Positions 13,894 to 21,697 of a stretch of 35,092 nucleotides of DNA are shown here, one piece after another. Source of the stretch: a bacterium (lineage in GTDB: Bacteria; Patescibacteriota; Saccharimonadia; CAILAD01; JAUYJX01); NCBI GenBank assembly GCA_030699245.1, contig JAUYJX010000010.1, positions 1 through 35,092 on the forward strand. Reading direction: 5' to 3'. The notes beneath the pieces were generated by a model, which was not told the origin of the DNA, did not search any database, and saw only the letters and a list, made by a program, of their open reading frames with translations. The first letter of the stretch is position 1; the number at the start of each line of letters is the position of its first letter. A program made the position numbers and the translations under genes.

Positions 13894-16233
13894 TTATAGT
13901 AATCTATCGCTAATTTTCGAAGCAATTTGTCGCTTAGCCATCTGATATTGTATAAAGCCAAAGACCAGTGAGACTGCCAAAACAAAAACTAAACTTAAAA
14001 AATTTAGACTAACGAAACCGAAGAAATTAGCAAATTTATAATTGTTTATCAAAATCATCAGTATTGTAAATATAATTACAAAACCTCCCAAAATCGTTCT
14101 GGTTTGTGCTGGATTTTTTTCAACATTTAGTGCTTTGGGTGCAACTAAAATCACTATTAACCCAAGTGCAATAAGAGTTAAAACTACCGACATATTAGCT
14201 TGCAAAAGGTCATTTGGTGATAAATATTCGAAGCTTAAGATAAAAATTATCACTGCACCAACGGCAGTAACGAAACCGTTAGAAATTGCAAACGGCAAAA
14301 CTCTTTTGAAAAAGCTCTTATCACTTATAGTCCTTTTTCTGGTACGTGGCCAACCAGCCCAAAGTATTATTGGAAAACCGATTGTTAAATAATTGATAAC
14401 CGTTAAGTTTCTGGGAAGTAGCGGGTAAGAAAAACCTAATAATGAAATGATTGCAAAAATAGTCAGCCCATAAGTTACTTTATTGAAAAACAGACAAGCG
14501 ACCATTTCAATTGTTGTGATAATGCTATCTGACAGCTTAACTCCTTTGGGCAAGGCAGAGAAACTATTATTTATTAATACAATGTCTGCGATTTGACGTG
14601 TTGCACTGCTGCCGTCAAACATTGCAATGCCCAAATCGGCTTTTTTAATTGCCAGGGCATCATTAGCACCATCACCAATCATAGCTGTAAAACCATTTAC
14701 CTTAAAAGCTTCTATTAATTTTTCTTTTTGCTGCGGGCTTACCCTGGCAAATAGACTAAAATTAGGAGCATTTTTCAGATAGTCTTCCTTACGCCAAGCT
14801 TTTAACTGCGACCCTTCGATTACTTTATTTAAATTACTGATTCCTGCTTTCTTGGCAATTGCTAGGACGGTCTGCAGATTATCGCCAGAAATTATACGCA
14901 ATAAAACATTTCTCTTGCGAAAATATTCAACTATTTTATTCGTTCCTGGTTTTAATGGATTTATCAAGCTTATCAAGCCTAAGGGTTTAATTTTGCTATT
15001 GGCAAGAGAAAAACTATTTAAGTCAGTGCTCAAATTATCTATCTCCCCCACACCGATTACCCTCTTAGCCTCTAAACTATAATCTTTTATTTTATCTTTT
15101 AGACTTTGTCCAGCTTTTGCAAAAACTATATCTGCGCCACCGACAATAATCTGATGAGTTTTTCTTTTAAACTCAAAACAGACTAGTCCATATTTTTTAT
15201 CTAAAGAGAATGGCTTAACGTTAATAATTTTGCCATAAAATGTATGATCTAATGATTCATCTATGGCCTTAATTGTTTCAGTAGTTAAACCACTAGCTTT
15301 AATATAAGCAATAAGTGCTGTTTTTAGAAAACCTAAATTTGTATTTAAATTTTCAATATTATCTAAAACAGGTTTGTTCCCAGTTAAGGTACCGGTTTTA
15401 TCTACGCACAAATTTACTATATGACCTAAATTTTCGATAGCATTTATTTCTTGTAATAAAACTTTTCCCTTGAGCATTTTAACTGCTCCATAAACAAAAA
15501 GCAGGGTTGTTGCCAGCACTAAACCTTCGGGAACAATTGAACCGGCAAAGCTAGCTATCTGTTTGATCACAAAAGGAGCATCTAGGTTTAAAATTACTCC
15601 TCTAATTACTATCAAACTTGCAAAAAGCAACAAAATTATACTCATAATTTCAATAAAATGTGACAGGGATTTTTGAATAGGACTGAAGCTTAAATTATAA
15701 TGTTTAATCTTATCCGTCATATGGGTAATATAACTGTCTTTGACGGTTTTTCGTGCCAGAACAATTGCTGAACCCGACATCACTATACTACCGCCAAATA
15801 ATTTTGTTTTCGGTTCTTTGATAATATTATTTGATTCACCGCTAAGTAGTGCTTCATTAACCTCCATACCATTAGTAGTTAAAACGATACTATCAACCGG
15901 CACTTGATCGCCCAGATTTAGTTCGTAGTGATCGCCGATTTTAATTTTATCTATATTAATTAGAACTTTTTGCCCGTTTTTTATCACATTAACCTTCTGA
16001 ACAGTTAATGCTTGTAGTTTCTCTAAGGCCAGTTTAGCCCTTAGTTCCTGCACAATACCAATAATCACATTTAGCGCGATAACACTGCCGATAAATAAAG
16101 CCTCTTGTATGTCGCCAAAAATTACCAGCAGTGCAACAATTACGCCGATTAGGATAGTAATCAGTGAAAAAAGATTTCTGACAATTATTGGCCCTAAATC
16201 TTTAATAATATTGAAAAACTTGTTAGCTTTCAT
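13894..16233 (-). CDS. P-type cation-transporting ATPase (P2-like)
   Basis: DKTGTLT phosphorylation site, LSGES (TGES-like), PEGL in TM4, MIGDGANDALAIKKADLGIAM hinge. ATG 16233 (MKANKFF...) preferred over the tracked upstream start. Overlaps the msrB end by 11 nt. Confidence 0.85.
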   Translation of the reverse strand: MKANKFFNIIKDLGPIIVRNLFSLITILIGVIVALLVIFGDIQEALFIGSVIALNVIIGIVQELRAKLALEKLQALTVQKVNVIKNGQKVLINIDKIKIGDHYELNLGDQVPVDSIVLTTNGMEVNEALLSGESNNIIKEPKTKLFGGSIVMSGSAIVLARKTVKDSYITHMTDKIKHYNLSFSPIQKSLSHFIEIMSIILLLFASLIVIRGVILNLDAPFVIKQIASFAGSIVPEGLVLATTLLFVYGAVKMLKGKVLLQEINAIENLGHIVNLCVDKTGTLTGNKPVLDNIENLNTNLGFLKTALIAYIKASGLTTETIKAIDESLDHTFYGKIINVKPFSLDKKYGLVCFEFKRKTHQIIVGGADIVFAKAGQSLKDKIKDYSLEAKRVIGVGEIDNLSTDLNSFSLANSKIKPLGLISLINPLKPGTNKIVEYFRKRNVLLRIISGDNLQTVLAIAKKAGISNLNKVIEGSQLKAWRKEDYLKNAPNFSLFARVSPQQKEKLIEAFKVNGFTAMIGDGANDALAIKKADLGIAMFDGSSATRQIADIVLINNSFSALPKGVKLSDSIITTIEMVACLFFNKVTYGLTIFAIISLLGFSYPLLPRNLTVINYLTIGFPIILWAGWPRTRKRTISDKSFFKRVLPFAISNGFVTAVGAVIIFILSFEYLSPNDLLQANMSVVLTLIALGLIVILVAPKALNVEKNPAQTRTILGGFVIIFTILMILINNYKFANFFGFVSLNFLSLVFVLAVSLVFGFIQYQMAKRQIASKISDRLL

Positions 16234-16546
16234 TTTTTTTCTTAAAATCCAGAACATTAGATAAAATGCAATAACGATTTCCAGCTTTAGAGTGACTATC
16301 ACCTAAAATTTTGCCATCATCAAAAAGATGGCCTAAATGCTGGCCGCATTTGGCACATAATACTTCTGTTCTAGCCACGCCAAGAGAATAGTCTGGGCGT
16401 GTTTTTATTGCTCCTGCAGTTGCATCACGAAAACTGGGCCATGCAGTGGTAGATTTGAATTTATCACTTGAACAAATTAGTGGACTGCCACACTTACCAC
16501 ATTTATAAACACCGTTTTGCCAAAAATTTGTGTATTTTTCCTCCAT
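16223..16546 (-). CDS. msrB: peptide-methionine (R)-S-oxide reductase MsrB
   Basis: Two CxxC pairs (CGKCGSPL, CAKCGQHLGHLFDDG) and the catalytic RYCILS motif. ATG 16546 lies 1 nt after the upstream gene's stop. Confidence 0.85.
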   Translation of the reverse strand: MEEKYTNFWQNGVYKCGKCGSPLICSSDKFKSTTAWPSFRDATAGAIKTRPDYSLGVARTEVLCAKCGQHLGHLFDDGKILGDSHSKAGNRYCILSNVLDFKKKNES

Positions 16547-16547
16547 C

Positions 16548-17474
16548 TTAGCCGACAGAGCCAAAGCTTGAAACAACTAGAAAAATTATAGCGGTAATTA
16601 AAAGCAAGGTCGGGACTATGGTAGTCAATGGATGATGGGTAGTATTGTTTTTACGTCTTACTCGATGTGTATTAATATAAATTATTGTCAGTATCAGCAG
16701 TATAATAGCAATAATTTTAGCTCCCCAACCTAAGGTTTTGTTTACTGATAAAATCGGCGGTAAAAGTGAGTAGTTTTTTGCCTGCGGAGTGGATTCATTG
16801 CTGCTAGCTTGTGTCCCAGCTACTTGCTCACTTGTATTTTGCAAGCTGTTATTTGCTTGTTGCTCATTAGTACCAATAGAGGCAGCAGTAGCTATATTTT
16901 CTGCACCCTGTGGTTGCCCGTAAAAAGCAACGACTAAAGTTATGTCTTTGCCATCCATCTTGCCATTAACCACAGCCATACCGATATCAGTGTATTTGGG
17001 ATTTAAAATATTAGCTTTATGCCCAGAACTTGTCATCCAGCCCGACATTACACCAGAAGAAGTGCTAAAATTACGTGCTAAATTTTCACCTGCGAAATTG
17101 TATTTATAGCCGCTTTTTTGAAAGAAATTCCAGGGTGAAGAGCCCTCCGGCGAATAATGCGACCAATAATTTTTAGCCAGCATATCAGTCGCTTTAGCCT
17201 TAGCTGCCTTGCTTAATGTAGTATTGATATTAAGTGGTGCAATACCAGCTTTAGCTCTTTCATTATTTGTTAATTTAGTAAGTGAATTTTCATCAATATT
17301 ATTAGATAATCCCAGTACAGAAAATTTGCCGGTAACAGCAAAATTAAAAATTACTTGTACTAGTAAGATCAGTACAGCAATGGTAATCAGACCATAGGGT
17401 CTGATTATATGCGGATGATGATTATTGTGCCTAGATGGCACAAACCAGTGTCTGATTTTTTTGGTCAAGCTCAC
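16548..17474 (-). CDS. membrane-anchored CAP/SCP (YkwD-like) domain protein
   Basis: N-terminal TM. CAP-like core (NNERAKAGIAPLNINTTLSKAAKAKATDM...GENLARNF...WMTSSGHKANILNPKYTDIGMAVV). S/T/Q/N-rich linker and C-terminal TMs. GTG start. Confidence 0.7.
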   Translation of the reverse strand: MSLTKKIRHWFVPSRHNNHHPHIIRPYGLITIAVLILLVQVIFNFAVTGKFSVLGLSNNIDENSLTKLTNNERAKAGIAPLNINTTLSKAAKAKATDMLAKNYWSHYSPEGSSPWNFFQKSGYKYNFAGENLARNFSTSSGVMSGWMTSSGHKANILNPKYTDIGMAVVNGKMDGKDITLVVAFYGQPQGAENIATAASIGTNEQQANNSLQNTSEQVAGTQASSNESTPQAKNYSLLPPILSVNKTLGWGAKIIAIILLILTIIYINTHRVRRKNNTTHHPLTTIVPTLLLITAIIFLVVSSFGSVG

Positions 17475-17483
17475 AATAATCTA

Positions 17484-17512
17484 ATTATCATCAATTAGAT
17501 ATAAACTAGCAA
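17484..17512 (-). promoter_or_regulatory. candidate promoter for the CAP-msrB-ATPase gene run
   Basis: Minus-strand TTGCTA, 17 nt, GATAAT. The -10 lies only 9 nt from the GTG start at 17474. Confidence 0.35.
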
Positions 17513-17528
17513 GACTCTTTAAGTGTTT

Positions 17529-19232
17529 TTACTGATGTCTTTTTTGGCGTCGAGCGATCAGCCAGATGATTAGCACTAATGCTGCTAGGCCAATAAGTGA
17601 CCACCACAGCCAGTTGAGTGAATTAAATAGATTAGAAGTCTGCGCACTTTTAACTTCACCGTTTTTGTCTTTGTCGCTAGATTTATTAGAATCACTATCA
17701 GCTTTACTGGTATTTTCTGCTAATACTTGAGCTGATTGACTGTCTGTACCTTCAGACTGCTGACCAAAGCCAAAGGCGCTATTACCTGAAGTGTTACCAG
17801 TACCGCCACTGTTTCCTCCTGGGTTGCCACCACTGTTAACACTGGTAATAAAGTTTAAGATTGCATTATTGGTTATTGAACTAGGAGTCAAAAAGTTACC
17901 GAAAGCAAATGCGTTATCAGCAGTTACGGCAACTCTTGCAAGTTCTGTACCAGGGACGGTAGTAATATCAATTATTGAAACTGAATCATCAACTGAATTA
18001 GATACATAAGCACGGGTGCCAGCAGAGTTTAGGGCTATACCGACTGGGCCATTACCGACAGTGATAGTATCAATGACTGTATTATAGGTTGGGCCTGGAA
18101 CAGTATCAATAACTGAAACGGTATTGCCGGCCCCTCCCCAAAAAGAGTTAGCATAGTTAGTTACATAAGCCCGAGTACCTGCTGAGTTGATAGCGATACC
18201 TACTGGACCGTTCCCTACACCAATGACAGTACCAATTACTGTATTATAATTTGGACTTGAAGAGTCAGTATCAATAACTGAAACGGTATTGCCAACACTT
18301 CCACCAATACCATCATAGAAGTTAGTCACATAAGCTCGAGTGCCAGCTGGGTTGATAGCGATGCCTGCCGGACCATTGTTGGTGTATCCATCAACAGCAC
18401 CAATTGTACCTACTACTGTATTATAGGTTGGGCTTAAAGGATCAGTATCAATGACTGAAATTGTCCCACTGCCGCCAGCATTAAAATTTGTAACATAGGC
18501 GCGGTTAGCAGCTGGATTTAAAGCGATACCGGCCGGACCATTACCAACAGTAATCGGACTGCCAACCGGTAATTCTGTAACAGTATTAACAACTATTACA
18601 GAATCATTAGCTAGATCACCTAAGGGACCGAAATTTGCTACATAGCCGATAGTCCCAGAAGGGTTCAAGGTTATTCCAGTTAAAGAAGTACCGCCTGTAG
18701 AAATAGTGCCAACTACCTGATCGGTAGCCGTATTAACTACAGAGACATTCCCATTATCAAAATTTGTAATATAAGCTCTATTTTGGGTAGGGTGAGTAGC
18801 TATACCAAATGGTTGTGATAAAAGTGGGGTTACTATATTTGTTTCTACTGAAACAGGAATACTGGTAGTATCAACTACTGAAGCATTATCGCTGCTGTTT
18901 CCTAGTATATAACCAAAAGGACCGCCGGTGACTTTAGCCTCAAATGTATGATTACCGTTAGCAAGAGATGGAGTAGTATATGTCCAGTTACCACTGCCAT
19001 TAGCTAATACTGCTACAGGAGCGCCACCATCAATTGACAGATTAACTGTATAATTCGGAGAAGTAGTGCCATTTATAGTAGTAGAACCAGTAGTAATAGT
19101 GCTGCCGCTAGCTGGAGTGGTAATAGTTATTGGTACACCAGCATTAGCTAAAACAGGTGCAGCTAAATAAGCAAATAAACTTAAGCTCAAAATTACATTA
19201 AAAACTTTTTTGAAAAAATTGTTGCTAGACAT
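17529..19232 (-). CDS. cell-surface protein: signal peptide + Ig-like domain + YVTN-type beta-propeller repeats + G/S/N-rich stalk + C-terminal TM anchor
   Basis: Signal-like N-terminus. Repeated GNGPxGIAxNxAGTRAYVTN...VSVIDT units (literal YVTN). GGNPGGNSGGTGNTSGNS low-complexity stalk. C-terminal LIGLAALVLIIWLIARRQKRHQ. ATG preceded by AAGAGG. Confidence 0.7.
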   Translation of the reverse strand: MSSNNFFKKVFNVILSLSLFAYLAAPVLANAGVPITITTPASGSTITTGSTTINGTTSPNYTVNLSIDGGAPVAVLANGSGNWTYTTPSLANGNHTFEAKVTGGPFGYILGNSSDNASVVDTTSIPVSVETNIVTPLLSQPFGIATHPTQNRAYITNFDNGNVSVVNTATDQVVGTISTGGTSLTGITLNPSGTIGYVANFGPLGDLANDSVIVVNTVTELPVGSPITVGNGPAGIALNPAANRAYVTNFNAGGSGTISVIDTDPLSPTYNTVVGTIGAVDGYTNNGPAGIAINPAGTRAYVTNFYDGIGGSVGNTVSVIDTDSSSPNYNTVIGTVIGVGNGPVGIAINSAGTRAYVTNYANSFWGGAGNTVSVIDTVPGPTYNTVIDTITVGNGPVGIALNSAGTRAYVSNSVDDSVSIIDITTVPGTELARVAVTADNAFAFGNFLTPSSITNNAILNFITSVNSGGNPGGNSGGTGNTSGNSAFGFGQQSEGTDSQSAQVLAENTSKADSDSNKSSDKDKNGEVKSAQTSNLFNSLNWLWWSLIGLAALVLIIWLIARRQKRHQ

Positions 19233-19355
19233 TTTACCTCTTTATATTATCACTTTAAAAAAAATTACCCTGTAATAATTATTACAACTGATGTGTAAAT
19301 ATTATTCCCCCTTTTGTTTTTAAGCAATAGTTTTTTAAATTAATAGAATCTCTCT

Positions 19356-19384
19356 ATTATGCACAATATCCCTAAGTTTGTCAA
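19356..19384 (-). promoter_or_regulatory. sigma70-type promoter for the beta-propeller surface protein gene
   Basis: Minus-strand TTGACA (plus 19379..19384), 17 nt, CATAAT (19356..19361). Implies a ~115-nt 5' UTR containing the 16-bp palindrome at 19271..19286. Confidence 0.5.
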
Positions 19385-19437
19385 TACTTTTTTCAAGTTT
19401 ATTAATTATTAATTTTTTTGCATGAACCTGCATTTTC

Positions 19438-19956
19438 CTACTTTAATTTTATTAAAGTAGCATTGGGCCATTTTGGCAAATCGTAAAATATTTTGGGGTT
19501 TTGATGTTTATTTATCACCCCGATCATTCGCCCTACCCCTGCATGGCTAACCATTAAAATATTTTTCTTTGAGTTTTTGTATTGATTAAGAAAACTTTTT
19601 ATGCGATCTTTAAATTTATAAGGATCTTCAGCTCCCTTTGTAGAAATCAGCTTCGCAGAGGTAGTGCCTTTTTCTGGTTTATCAGCCATTTCACCTACTT
19701 CATACTCTGCGATACGTTTGTCATACTCGATTTTTTTTTGATCAAAGCCGATTTTATCGACAATTATGATGGCGGTTTCTTTAGTGCGGGTCAAAGGAGA
19801 TACAATGATATGATCAAATTTAATGTTTTCTTTTAGGATTTCGCCAGCAGCTTCTTCTACCTGCATTCTACCTTTTTTTGTTAGATGGACGTTATCACGA
19901 GCAAGAACACCTTTTTCATTAGCTTCGCTTTCACCGTGTCGGATAAAATAAATCAT
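19438..19956 (-). CDS. histidine phosphatase family protein (phosphoglycerate-mutase-like)
   Basis: IYFIRHGESEANEKG (RHG catalytic motif), SPLTRTKETA, and a late VSHAG motif. Confidence 0.75.
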   Translation of the reverse strand: MIYFIRHGESEANEKGVLARDNVHLTKKGRMQVEEAAGEILKENIKFDHIIVSPLTRTKETAIIIVDKIGFDQKKIEYDKRIAEYEVGEMADKPEKGTTSAKLISTKGAEDPYKFKDRIKSFLNQYKNSKKNILMVSHAGVGRMIGVINKHQNPKIFYDLPKWPNATLIKLK

Positions 19957-20059
19957 TGACTCCTATTATAGCAAAACTATTTTGCATAGCGTCTACCCTA
20001 TCTAGATCTAGAAAATATATTGAGCATGACTTATAATTGTTATGTAAAGAATAAGTTAA

Positions 20060-20695
20060 ATGAAAGAAGAAAAAACTTCTCCTAAAACATCAATCAAAAA
20101 GCCAGAAAAAAATCATTCTGTAATATGGTTTGGTGTTATTATCGTTATTTTGTTAATTGCCGGTAGTAGCTTATTTCTCTGGCAGATGAAAAACTATAAT
20201 AATCAAAGAAATAAGCTGGAAAATGAAAAGAAAGAATTACAAAAGAAGGTTGATGATCTAGCGAAGCAGCTGAAAGATAAAAGTAAAGAACTAGAAGACG
20301 CTAAAAAATCCAGCACTCCATCAAAGGTAACGATTCCCCAAAACTTGAAAGATAATATCGAAGCAGCACTTAATACCAAAAACACCGCTGCGCTAGAGGG
20401 TTATATGGCAAGTTCTGTAAATGTTGTAGTGGCAGCATCCGAAAAAGCTGGACCGCGAACTCCTGCCCAAGCTGTTAGTGATCTGGATTATTTAAACTCG
20501 GCAACCTCACCATGGAACTTTAATTTACCGCAAACAACACTCACGGCATATAAAAACAGTTTTTACGGACAATACTTTGGTGATAATACAGTTGTCGGGC
20601 AGTCAACCAATAAATACGTAGCTTCATTTGGTATAGATGCCAACGTAAAAATCAATGTGATATTTATGGCAGTCAATGCTGATCTACTGCAATAA
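20060..20695 (+). CDS. hypothetical membrane-anchored protein with coiled-coil segment
   Basis: One N-terminal TM (VIWFGVIIVILLIAGSSLFLW), a K/E-rich heptad-like stretch, and a ~110-aa C-terminal domain. No family recognised. Confidence 0.55.
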   Translation: MKEEKTSPKTSIKKPEKNHSVIWFGVIIVILLIAGSSLFLWQMKNYNNQRNKLENEKKELQKKVDDLAKQLKDKSKELEDAKKSSTPSKVTIPQNLKDNIEAALNTKNTAALEGYMASSVNVVVAASEKAGPRTPAQAVSDLDYLNSATSPWNFNLPQTTLTAYKNSFYGQYFGDNTVVGQSTNKYVASFGIDANVKINVIFMAVNADLLQ

Positions 20696-20810
20696 GATTT
20701 CTTGTTATTAATATTACGCAACAAATTCAACTCAAAAATTCTTTAGCTCTTAACTGATAATTTAGTATAGTTTAACAAGTTTTTTGTGACTGAGAGTTTT
20801 ACTGCTCTTT

Positions 20811-21386
20811 CTATTCCTTCTGATGACTACCTTTTAAGGCAGATTCAATGACATCACGCGGTAAGGAAGCGGCTGAAAGTAAGGCATCTCGTACCTTCTG
20901 GGCGGCATCGCCGCCTACACTACCAGCTGCGTCAACTGCACCGCCGACTGCTGCCTTGGCAGCTTCAGCTGTATCGACACCAATATTACCAGCAGCTTTA
21001 ATTGCTCCTTCTACTGCAGAAACTGCCACTGAACCGATATCACCACCTGTCTCAGCAGTTGTTTTAATCAAACCGTGAGCTGTTTCGCGTATAGCCGTTA
21101 TAACATCACCGCCAACTTCGTTTACACCCTCAACAACTCCATGAACAGTAGTACGTGCTACATCTGTTAATGCAGCGCCTGCTTGACCTGCTCCTCTAAT
21201 AGCGCCGCTAGCTACCCCGGCTACCAATTCAATTCCACTTGCAGAAATTTCGCCGGTTCCTTTAAAAATATTAATTACCTGATGTTTTACCGTGTTAGTA
21301 ACTGCTCCTAGAATATCATCCGTTCCTTCAATAGCCGCTACTACAGCATCGGTTGCTTCTTTAATAATTTTGTCGATCATGTTCAC
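20811..21386 (-). CDS. Ala/Gly/Val-rich repeat protein (about five 22-residue units)
   Basis: Strong SD (GGAAGGTG) before ATG 21386. Units: GAIRGAGQAGAALTDVARTTVH / GVVEGVNEVGGDVITAIRETAH / GLIKTTAETGGDIGSVAVSAVE / GAIKAAGNIGVDTAEAAKAAVG / GAVDAAGSVGGDAAQKVRDALL. No TM or signal peptide. Confidence 0.6.
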   Translation of the reverse strand: MNMIDKIIKEATDAVVAAIEGTDDILGAVTNTVKHQVINIFKGTGEISASGIELVAGVASGAIRGAGQAGAALTDVARTTVHGVVEGVNEVGGDVITAIRETAHGLIKTTAETGGDIGSVAVSAVEGAIKAAGNIGVDTAEAAKAAVGGAVDAAGSVGGDAAQKVRDALLSAASLPRDVIESALKGSHQKE

Positions 21387-21530
21387 CTTCCTTTTTTATT
21401 TATTAATGACTTGTTAATAATTGTATCAAATAATCGTTTGATAAGGAAAGCCTTTCGGGTCTTTAAGCATCCCCCTACGTTCGCTGGACAGCGAACTATG
21501 GAGGACAAGATAAGTTCTTTGGCTTGCCAT

Positions 21531-21600
21531 TTCTTCCTGGCTGAAAGCAATGAGCGAATGAAGTGAGCCTGCCTGCCGGTAGGCAGGTCGAATGGCAGGG
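21531..21600. repeat. direct repeat copy A: 57-nt core with internal hairpin, plus an 8-nt copy of the tRNA-Trp 3' end
   Basis: The 57-nt core 21531..21587 matches 24285..24341 at 53/57 positions. tggcaggg at 21593..21600 equals 24354..24361 (CCA, discriminator and first acceptor bases of tRNA-Trp). Hairpin cctgcct-gccggt-aggcagg. Confidence 0.8.
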
Positions 21601-21684
21601 ATGTATAAAAGGAAGTTATAACTGCGATAGCTACTTAGAATCAATATCCATGCAAACTAGATAATTTTTAGCATAAGACTCTTG

Positions 21685-21690
21685 TATAAT
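21685..21690 (+). promoter_or_regulatory. -10 box (TATAAT) 7 nt upstream of ATG 21698 (leaderless layout)
   Basis: cttgTATAAT-atgtaat-ATG. No SD and no clear -35. Confidence 0.35.
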
Positions 21691-21697
21691 ATGTAAT

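Noticed and set aside
17529-21386. Tandem repeats as a possible CRISPR array or non-coding satellite
   Set aside because: The 165-bp and 66-bp periodicities lie inside long ORFs and correspond to protein repeats (propeller blades, 22-aa units). There is no repeat-spacer structure and there are no cas genes.
21426-21644. 72-aa tracked ORF on the minus strand between the Ala/Gly-rich gene and the ATPase
   Set aside because: It coincides with repeat copy A and its hairpins. It has no SD, and its sequence is low in information. The matching copy B region has no equivalent ORF.
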